24,000 nt of DNA, from NCBI GenBank assembly GCA_021801355.1, contig JAJYYB010000010.1, positions 104,272 through 128,271 on the forward strand, in the 5' to 3' direction. Below, piece after piece: positions 1 to 6,262 of the stretch (within the stretch, counting starts at the first letter, position 1; every line of letters begins with the position of its first letter). Source of the DNA: Candidatus Micrarchaeota archaeon (GTDB lineage: Archaea > Micrarchaeota > Micrarchaeia > Micrarchaeales > Micrarchaeaceae). The translations under genes and the position numbers were made by a program. Below the pieces are notes generated by a model. It worked only from the letters and a program-made list of their open reading frames with translations, was not told the origin of the DNA and did no database searches.

Positions 1-1197
1 GTTGTTGAGCTCTGAATAAGCGTTTGCAAGTTCCATGCCTGCGACATAAAGCTCGAATCGCTCAACCAGCTCAGGGTTGCCGCGCTTAGGTCGCGTCAAC
101 GGCGATGTCTCGCGCGGGAAATCCAAGACGAAGGTAGGATTTAGCAGCTCTGGCTGCACAAGAACCTCCAGCAGTTTCTCGTAGGCGTGCGCCCTTGTGC
201 GCTTCCCCTTTTCGAACTTGATGCCGCGCTCTCCAGCCGCCTTGAAAAGCTGATCGTCGGCTAATTTCAGCACGTCAAGCCCTAGTTTCTTATTGATGCT
301 TTCAACGAAACTGATCCGCTTGAAAGATGGGCCGAAATCTATCTCGTTATCGCCGTATTTGATTTTTGCAGAGCCGCACACCTCGCCGACCACATCGCGA
401 AGCATTTCTTCGACGAGCCTCATCATCTCATTGTAGTCTGCATATGCCTGATACCACTCGACCATGGTGAATTCTGGGCTGTGGGTCGTGTCTATGTCTT
501 CGTTCCTGAAAGCCTTGTATACTTCGTACACCTTGGTGAAGCCACCTATTATGAGCCTCTTCAGGTAAAGTTCGTTAGCTATCCTCAGGTAGTCCTCCTC
601 GCCAAGAGTGTTCACAAATGTCTTGAACGGCTCAGCATCTGCTCCCCCGTAAAGAGGCTGTATCACAGGCGTTTCAATCTCCATGAAGCCGCGGTTCTCC
701 AGGAACCTTCGTACAGCGACTATGGTCCTGCTCCTCTTCCTGAAAACTTCCCTTACCTCCGGATTTACTATAAGATCAAGGAACCTTTTCCTGTATCTGA
801 GCTCGACATCCTGTATACCATGCCACTTGTCAGGCAGTTGCCGCAGTGCCTTGGATAAGAGTATAACGCTGCTGGATTTGATGGTAATCTCGCCGGCCTT
901 TGTCTTGAATATCGTGCCTGAAACACCGATGATGTCGCCCGCATTGAAGGCTTTTATCCTGGAGAAACTCTCCTCGCCTATAGATGAGAATTCTATATAG
1001 CATTGTATCTTCCCTGTTTCGTCAAGCAAATCAAGGAATATGAGCTTCCCGGAAGCCCTGACTCCGGTTATACGGCCCGCTACTGACACTTCCTTGCCTT
1101 CGTATTTGTCGTAGCCTGCCTTTATGTCTGCTGCCCTGTTCTTTGCATCATACGAATATGGCAGGCTAGATATAATGTCGCTTAGCGGTTCACCCAT
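1..1197 (-). CDS. lysS: Lysyl-tRNA synthetase, class II type. The N-terminal 399 codons are present and the C-terminal part lies beyond the window edge.
   Basis: The ORF is absent from the track because it is open at the window edge. I translated the reverse strand from the ATG at 1195-1197. It reads MGEPLSDIISSLPYSYDAKNRAADIKAGYDKYEGKEVSVAGRITGVRASGKLIFLDLLDETGKIQCYI (OB-fold anticodon-binding domain), then LPDKWHGIQDVELRYRKRFLDLIVNPEVREVFRKRS, FMEIETPVIQPLYGGADAEPF, FRNEDIDTTHSPEFTMVEWYQAYADY and ERFELYVAGMELANAYSELN. These are the class II LysRS catalytic-core signatures. The frame stays open for all 399 codons. Confidence 0.9.
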   Translation of the reverse strand, partial: MGEPLSDIISSLPYSYDAKNRAADIKAGYDKYEGKEVSVAGRITGVRASGKLIFLDLLDETGKIQCYIEFSSIGEESFSRIKAFNAGDIIGVSGTIFKTKAGEITIKSSSVILLSKALRQLPDKWHGIQDVELRYRKRFLDLIVNPEVREVFRKRSRTIVAVRRFLENRGFMEIETPVIQPLYGGADAEPFKTFVNTLGEEDYLRIANELYLKRLIIGGFTKVYEVYKAFRNEDIDTTHSPEFTMVEWYQAYADYNEMMRLVEEMLRDVVGEVCGSAKIKYGDNEIDFGPSFKRISFVESINKKLGLDVLKLADDQLFKAAGERGIKFEKGKRTRAHAYEKLLEVLVQPELLNPTFVLDFPRETSPLTRPKRGNPELVERFELYVAGMELANAYSELNN

Positions 1198-1225
1198 TTA
1201 ATCCCATAAATTCATTAAGCAGAGC

Positions 1226-2557
1226 TTACTTCTTGTGCAGCTTCGCATCGGCCTTCTTCACTGCCTCCTCGAAGAGATCCATACCGCTGGCCAGCACTCT
1301 GTCGTCTATTGTAAGCGGCGGTATTATCCTTATGCAGGACATCCCTGCGGGCAGCACTATGAGGCCGTTTTCAAAGCAGTCATCAGCTATCTCGTCCTTC
1401 TCAGTCACAGCAGGATCCTTGGTCTTCCTGTCCCTTACAAACTCTACGCCTATCATGAGGCCTAAGCCCCTAACGTCGCCGATTATTTCGTACTTGTCCT
1501 TCATCTCCTCAAGACGCTTCATTACATAAGCGCCTTTCTTGATTATTCCTGTCTGAAGGCTCGGCATGTTCTTGTTTATGTAGTCGAGCGATGCCTCCGC
1601 ACCTGCTATTGCCAGAAGGTTGCCTCCGAAAGTGGTAGAGTGAGAGCCTGCAGGTATGTCGCCAAGAGAGCCACGCACAAGAGTTGCGCCCATTGGCACC
1701 CCGCCGCCTATTGATTTGGCCATCGTGTAGATGTCGGCTTGGACTCCGAAATTGTCCATCGCAAAGAACTTTCCAGTTCTCATGTACCCAGCCTGGACCT
1801 CATCGGAAACCAGAACTGCCCCGGCGTCATCAGCGATCTTGCGCACCTCCTTCACGAATTCCTTCGGAGGCACTACGTATCCGCCCTCTCCCTGTATTGG
1901 CTCCATGACTATAGCTGCAAGCTCCTTCTTTGACACTTCCTTCGCGAGCGGGTACTTCCTTATGTAGTCAGCGCATGCTATGCCGCAGGATGGATATTCA
2001 AGGTGTAGCGGGCATCTGTAGCAGTAAGCGTACGGGGCGTGGACTGAGGCGCTGAATGGGCCGAATGCCTCCTTTTGCACTATCTTAGACGCGGTGAGCG
2101 ACAGCGACCCGAGAGTCCTACCGTGGAAGCCACCATAAAACGCCATCAGATAAGGCCTCCTTGTAAATATCTTGGAGAACTTTATGGCCGCTTCGACAGC
2201 CTCGGTGCCGGAATTTGAGAAAAACACCTTGCCTTTGAATCCGGGCGGTGCCATCCGCACAAGCTTTTCAGCGAACCTGACCGGGAGTTCGTTATAGAAG
2301 TCAGCGAAAGCAGGATGCATCAACTTGTCAACCTGCTTCTTTATCGCCTCCCTTATCTCCCTATTGGAGTTTAGTCCGAGATTGTAAACGCTTATGAAGC
2401 TTGAGAAGTCTATGAACTTGTTGCCCTCTACATCGCAAACGTATTCGCCTTCTATGTGATCCGGTATAAGCGGGTAGGTTTCGCGCGTAACTGTTAGGAT
2501 GACCTTTTTGTCCCTCTTGATTATGTCGTTAGTCTTATTTCCGATTTTAACCTTCAT
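1226..2557 (-). CDS. Class III PLP-dependent aminotransferase (GabT/ArgD/LysJ-like omega-aminotransferase)
   Basis: The motifs FFSNSGTEAVEAAIKF, AAIVMEPIQGEGGYVVPP, SDEVQAGYMRTGKFFAMDNFGVQADIYTMAKSIGGGVPMGA (PLP lysine in AKS) and STTFGGN are typical of the family. I prefer the ATG at 2557 (MKVKIGNKTND...) over the track start at 2680. The first 41 track codons look non-coding (basic, low complexity). An ATATATAC TATA-like box lies on the coding strand at about 2588-2596, roughly 31-39 nt upstream of 2557. Confidence 0.85.
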   Translation of the reverse strand: MKVKIGNKTNDIIKRDKKVILTVTRETYPLIPDHIEGEYVCDVEGNKFIDFSSFISVYNLGLNSNREIREAIKKQVDKLMHPAFADFYNELPVRFAEKLVRMAPPGFKGKVFFSNSGTEAVEAAIKFSKIFTRRPYLMAFYGGFHGRTLGSLSLTASKIVQKEAFGPFSASVHAPYAYCYRCPLHLEYPSCGIACADYIRKYPLAKEVSKKELAAIVMEPIQGEGGYVVPPKEFVKEVRKIADDAGAVLVSDEVQAGYMRTGKFFAMDNFGVQADIYTMAKSIGGGVPMGATLVRGSLGDIPAGSHSTTFGGNLLAIAGAEASLDYINKNMPSLQTGIIKKGAYVMKRLEEMKDKYEIIGDVRGLGLMIGVEFVRDRKTKDPAVTEKDEIADDCFENGLIVLPAGMSCIRIIPPLTIDDRVLASGMDLFEEAVKKADAKLHKK

Positions 2558-2691
2558 GATATGCACCGCTTTTATTGCTCGAACAAAGTATATATTGATT
2601 GTTGTATTTTTAGGGCGTTGCCGCCCCTCTGGTTTTAGTCGCCTTGCCAGTATGTTAGCCCGCCATGGGCTTAATTTCACTCCTCAAACTT

Positions 2692-2728
2692 AAAAAAGAG
2701 CCTGCGGTTCTCGTGCAGGCTCTTTTTT
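2692..2728 (-). terminator. Perfect palindromic hairpin flanked by A6/T6 runs. It looks like an intrinsic-type terminator and could act in both directions.
   Basis: The arm aaaaaagagcctgc (2692-2705) is the exact reverse complement of gcaggctctttttt (2715-2728), with a 9-nt loop ggttctcgt. On the minus strand it starts directly at the TGA stop (2728-2730) of the upstream gene and ends in T6. Archaeal termination is oligo-T driven. Confidence 0.5.
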
Positions 2729-3279
2729 CACTGTGGGGGTGAAAGAATAAGCAGTTTAGTCGCCTTGCCAGCATCAAATTTGTAATAAACCTTGTGACCT
2801 AGTTGGTACCTGTCCAACACGCCTGCCTTGTACAGCTTGTTGAGCCTGGTGCAGGCCGCATTCCTGCCCTTGTAATGGAGCTTATCCTTGACATCATCAG
2901 CACACACCATGTTGTTCGGAGAACGCTGTATCAGCTCTATTATGCCTGCGTCAATACCGGAAACCGCCAATTCACGCTTGCCATTGCTTGCCTCGATCTC
3001 CTCTACTGCTGAGGAAGTCTGGGGGATCTCTTCGACTTCCTCGATGCCGCTCAACTCACTATCTATCTTGTTAAGGGCGGTTGACATTGTCTGAAGAAGC
3101 ATTGTGGTCTTCTTGTTTTCATCAACAAGGAATTTTATCAGAGTAAGTAGGTTTGAGCTTACTTTATCAGAATCGATGTCACTCAATTTTTTATTGTTTG
3201 ATACGGTCTTGCGCTTAAGGAGCTTGACCTGCTTCCTTATCTTGGTCACCTCATTTTCGAGTTGGCGCCTTGAACGCAT
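2728..3279 (-). CDS. Hypothetical DNA-binding protein with an N-terminal coiled-coil and a C-terminal winged helix-turn-helix
   Basis: The 183-aa ORF starts at the ATG at 3279. The N-terminal half is heptad-like and charged (RRQLENEVTKIRKQVKLLKRK...). The C-terminal part, GIDAGIIELIQRSPNNMVCADDVKDKLHYKGRNAACTRLNKLYKAGVLDRYQLGHKVYYKF, has the helix-turn-helix plus beta-wing pattern of MarR/TrmB/ArsR-type wHTH domains. A terminator hairpin sits at its stop. I recognise no specific family. Confidence 0.6.
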   Translation of the reverse strand: MRSRRQLENEVTKIRKQVKLLKRKTVSNNKKLSDIDSDKVSSNLLTLIKFLVDENKKTTMLLQTMSTALNKIDSELSGIEEVEEIPQTSSAVEEIEASNGKRELAVSGIDAGIIELIQRSPNNMVCADDVKDKLHYKGRNAACTRLNKLYKAGVLDRYQLGHKVYYKFDAGKATKLLILSPPQ

Positions 3280-3291
3280 TCAAACACCTTT

Positions 3292-3361
3292 GATTCATGA
3301 ATCCTGAATGATTAGTTTGTTAATCTTTCATGACTCATTCATGATTCTATTGTGAATGAAT
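3292..3361. promoter_or_regulatory. Cluster of five TTCATGA/TGAATGA-type half-sites, including a 12-bp perfect palindrome. It is a candidate operator array in the leader of the wHTH gene.
   Basis: GATTCATGAATC at 3292-3303 is a perfect palindrome. TCATGA recurs at 3328-3333 and 3339-3344. TGAATGA occurs at 3305-3311 and 3353-3359, and tcattca (3335-3341) with tgaatga (3353-3359) forms a 7-bp inverted repeat. The array lies between a TTTAAATA box (minus-strand sense, 3365-3372) and the ATG at 3279. Confidence 0.3.
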
Positions 3362-3466
3362 AGGTATTTAAACACTTCCTTAAAGCGCATAATAGTGGAA
3401 ATTTCGATGCGACTGATGGAAATAATATCAATGCTTGGCAAACTTTGGATTTGAAATCTAGAAACC

Positions 3467-3474
3467 TATAAAAG
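3467..3474 (+). promoter_or_regulatory. TATA box (TATAAAAG) for the Sec61-beta gene
   Basis: This archaeal TATA-like octamer ends 32 nt upstream of the ATG at 3507. That spacing implies a very short leader. Confidence 0.4.
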
Positions 3475-3506
3475 CTTAATCCGCAAATCACTTATCGAGT
3501 GGACAT

Positions 3507-3674
3507 ATGGCAAGCTTATATTCACCTCAGAGCCAGGCAGGAATAATGAGCTTTTACGACGCTCCTACCAAGGGACCTAAGCTCAACCCTAAAATCGTAA
3601 TAATTGCGGTACTAATATTCGGACTTGTAATACTTTATGCAGACCGCCTCATCTTCGGCGTATCTGTGGCGTGA
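3507..3674 (+). CDS. secG: Preprotein translocase subunit Sec61-beta / archaeal SecG (55 aa, tail-anchored)
   Basis: The ORF is below the size cut-off of the track. My translation is MASLYSPQSQAGIMSFYDAPTKGPKLNPKIVIIAVLIFGLVILYADRLIFGVSVA, ending at the TGA at 3672-3674. The pattern AG-[IL]-x-x-[FY]-[YD]-[DE]...GPK-[IL]-x-PK-x-V followed by a single C-terminal TM helix is the Sec61-beta signature. A TATA box lies upstream. Confidence 0.7.
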   Translation: MASLYSPQSQAGIMSFYDAPTKGPKLNPKIVIIAVLIFGLVILYADRLIFGVSVA

Positions 3675-3687
3675 TTGCAAGAACGCT

Positions 3688-4578
3688 TCATTCTATTACT
3701 CTGAAAACATCCTTTTTTAGCTCTGTTATGTCGCCAGATTCGAGCAATATATAGAGTATTGACCTTATCCCGTCTTCAGGTATCCCGGTGATCTTGGATA
3801 TCTCGCTCACATTCATGCTCTTGTGACCAAGCGTTTTTATTATCTTGACGGTGTTCTTCTCTATGAAACCCTTGAGCGCAACGTAGAATTTCTTGTTGAA
3901 GGCGCGCGTGCCTATGACAAGGCCGTGGCGTATACTGTCTTCTAAAGCTATGGACAGGTTTGAAGCCTCTGCCTCCGTTGGCAGGACTATGAAGCCATTG
4001 GTCTCCAACAGGCTTATGTTTGAATCGTTGCTGGCGAAACGCTTCTCCCAAGTTTTTGGCTCCTTCTCCTTTACCGGCTCAGGCTGCGGCGCAGGCTTCT
4101 GCCATTTGAGCATCTCCAGCTCCTTGGCCGGAGTTATGCCTCTCATCCTGAAAAGGAACTTCTTGTAAATATCGTTTGGTATGCTGTAGTGATAGTCCTG
4201 CTCGCCGGGCTTCCTGTAAGGCACGACCAGTTTCTTTTTTATAAGCTTCTGAAGCACCTGCCTTTCATCATCATTGAGCTTGGCGTTCACCTTGTCCTTA
4301 GTCCTATCAGTGTACTTGAACTCATCCAGCTTCTTCAACAGCCCAAGCTCTTCTGCATCGACCATTATGCCTGATTCTGAACCTCCTTGCTCGGTGCGCT
4401 GAATGGTCTGTTGAGGCTTCTGGGTAAGTGCCGCAACTATCTCGCTCTTCTTTGAGAAAATGAAGAACCCTTCTGGATGTTTGAAGAAGTCTACCTCATC
4501 GCCGTCCTTAATCTGGAGGGCGTTTATTGCATCGAATGGCACGTTTACTGCAAACTTTCCGTTTCTCAGCTTGTACAC
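3688..4578 (-). CDS. Hypothetical protein with an AbrB/SpoVT-like N-terminal beta-hairpin domain and at least two winged-helix-like modules
   Basis: The 296-aa ORF has a GTG start (cac at 4576-4578). The N-terminus, KFAVNVPFDAINALQIKDGDEVDFFKHPEGFFIF, resembles AbrB/MazE swapped-hairpin DNA-binding domains. LNDDERQVLQKLIKKKLVVPYRK and MNVSEISKITGIPEDGIRSILYILLESGDITELKKDVFRV look like wHTH units. A Pro/Glu/Lys linker (KPAPQPEPVKEKEPK) lies between them. I recognise no family. Confidence 0.55.
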   Translation of the reverse strand: MYKLRNGKFAVNVPFDAINALQIKDGDEVDFFKHPEGFFIFSKKSEIVAALTQKPQQTIQRTEQGGSESGIMVDAEELGLLKKLDEFKYTDRTKDKVNAKLNDDERQVLQKLIKKKLVVPYRKPGEQDYHYSIPNDIYKKFLFRMRGITPAKELEMLKWQKPAPQPEPVKEKEPKTWEKRFASNDSNISLLETNGFIVLPTEAEASNLSIALEDSIRHGLVIGTRAFNKKFYVALKGFIEKNTVKIIKTLGHKSMNVSEISKITGIPEDGIRSILYILLESGDITELKKDVFRVIE

Positions 4579-4702
4579 TTTAGGTATTGAACCACCACAG
4601 CGATTATCTTAGCGCATGCAAGATTTAAAATACCGCACAGATTTCATATCACTTTTAGTCATCACATAAAGACATTTTAAACTTGTTAATGAATCATATA
4701 CC

Positions 4703-6262
4703 ATGCAAAAGCTATCGCTTGGGGAATTCTCTATTTATACCGATAAAATACTTAGCTCCAGCTCGGCATACGCGATAAAAGCTAATGCCGAGGCGCTGGG
4801 ATTGAATGAAGCTTTACAGGTTGAAAACGCAGGTGCAGCAGTTGCAAATAGGATAAGAAAGGCGCACAAAAACGCCAAGATGCTTTTCATATGCGGTGCA
4901 GGTGGGAAGGGTGCGGTCGGGCTTTCTGCCGCAAGGCACTTATCTGACTACAGTGAAATCGTGGCATGCTTTCTTGGCAGCTTAGACGGCATATCGAACG
5001 AGACAACAAGGCTTAACTACACCCTGCTTTCCGACATTCTTGAGATACATGATGTAGAAGCCGGGGAAAGCGCGATTGTTAAGGCCGAAGCGAGGGATGC
5101 GGATATAATCGTTGACGCGATTACAGGGATAGGGCTTAGGGGGAAACTGCACGAGGATACGGCAAAGATTATAGGGATTATCAACGATGCCAAAAGGCAT
5201 CTTGTCTCGATAGATATCCCTAGCGGCGTAAATCCCGACATAGGGGATGCGACCGGGGCCTATGTGCATGCAGATGAACTCCTTGCGCTGCACAAGCTCA
5301 AAAGCGGTATCATGGGGAGCACATTCGTAGGCAGTACAACAGTATTGGACATCGGAATACCTATTAGCGCTGAACTCCTTACAGGAGCAGGTGATGTCAG
5401 ATTGGCTGCGCTTAGTAGGCCCGCTAATGCTAACAAGTACACAGTAGGCAGCGTGCTCGTAGTGGGAGGCGGCGAGGAGTACCATGGGGCGCCCATACTT
5501 GCAGCAAATGCAGCAAATTCGGCACTTGCTGCGCTCAGGACAGGTGCTGGTTACGCCACGATTTTTGCACCTAAGAGCAAGGCGGAGATAATTAGGAAAC
5601 TATCGCCTAACATAATAGTGCGCGCTTACAAGGATGAGAACTTATCTAAGGATGTAGTGGCTGGAGTAGAAAATATCAGGCACGATGTTGCGGTCATAGG
5701 CCCGGGTCTCGGGAAGGGCGAGGATGTTTATGACGGGATTGCTGCTCTGGTGGAAAACGAAACGCGCGCAGGAAAGTTGATATTGCTAGATGGAGACGCG
5801 ATAGGTGCCATAGCAAGGCATAAGAGGCTTCTCGGGAAGAACATCGTCTTGACTCCGCACCATGGTGAATTCAGTGCATTGGTAGGCGTAGACCAGAAAG
5901 ATGCGGAGCCAGAGCAGCTTGCAAATAGGGCCATATCTTTCGCAAAAAACTATAACTGCGTAATTGTGCTGAAGGGCCACGAAACATTCATAAGCGATGG
6001 CAACAGGCTAAAGATAAACAGGGCGAAGAGCAGCGCGCTGGCGACCATGGGAACGGGCGACGTACTTTCAGGCATAATAGGCGCTTATCTTGCCATGAAC
6101 CGCAGACCGTTCGAAAGCGCTACCGCCGGGGTTTACTTGCATTCGGTGATAGGGGATGCGCTCAATAAATCACATGGCAATCACATACTGGCCGAGGATG
6201 TGATTTTGGGGATTAGGGACCTGGCAGGTTCGCTGGGCAGTGGCAAGGGTGTGTTAGTTTGA
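4703..6262 (+). CDS. nnr: Bifunctional NAD(P)H-hydrate repair enzyme Nnr (YjeF_N epimerase plus ADP-dependent dehydratase)
   Basis: The 519-aa ORF has an N-terminal LMENAG-like region (QVENAGAAVAN, FICGAGGKGAVG, VDAITGIGLRG, SIDIPSG). Its C-terminal carbohydrate-kinase-like half reads KYTVGSVLVVGGGEEYHGAPILAANAA, GPGLG, LTPHHGEF and GTGDVLSGIIGAYLA. A TTTTAAAC TATA-like box lies about 25-30 nt upstream of the ATG. Confidence 0.9.
   Translation: MQKLSLGEFSIYTDKILSSSSAYAIKANAEALGLNEALQVENAGAAVANRIRKAHKNAKMLFICGAGGKGAVGLSAARHLSDYSEIVACFLGSLDGISNETTRLNYTLLSDILEIHDVEAGESAIVKAEARDADIIVDAITGIGLRGKLHEDTAKIIGIINDAKRHLVSIDIPSGVNPDIGDATGAYVHADELLALHKLKSGIMGSTFVGSTTVLDIGIPISAELLTGAGDVRLAALSRPANANKYTVGSVLVVGGGEEYHGAPILAANAANSALAALRTGAGYATIFAPKSKAEIIRKLSPNIIVRAYKDENLSKDVVAGVENIRHDVAVIGPGLGKGEDVYDGIAALVENETRAGKLILLDGDAIGAIARHKRLLGKNIVLTPHHGEFSALVGVDQKDAEPEQLANRAISFAKNYNCVIVLKGHETFISDGNRLKINRAKSSALATMGTGDVLSGIIGAYLAMNRRPFESATAGVYLHSVIGDALNKSHGNHILAEDVILGIRDLAGSLGSGKGVLV

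Noticed and set aside
2558-2680. A 41-codon 5' extension of the aminotransferase ORF, as given in the track (start 2680).
   Set aside because: The extension is basic and low-complexity, and it runs through the likely TATA box (about 2588-2596). It also contains one copy of the 17-bp repeat. The family alignment begins near MKVKIGNK at 2557.
3395-3465. A possible C/D-box sRNA (cTGATGGa ... tTTGAa) in the intergenic region upstream of secG.
   Set aside because: Both boxes deviate from the consensus (UGAUGG instead of RUGAUGA, UUGA instead of CUGA). There are no convincing C'/D' boxes or terminal stem, and no identifiable guide complementarity can be evaluated here.
4982-5485. A 167-aa minus-strand ORF. 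Similar antisense ORFs occur at 6622-7128 (-), 18545-19051 (+), 19409-19879 (-) and 481-858 (+).
   Set aside because: All lie antisense within confidently assigned genes (nnr, argS, nreA, pepQ, lysS). They have Cys/Arg/Pro/His-rich or otherwise atypical composition and no motifs.
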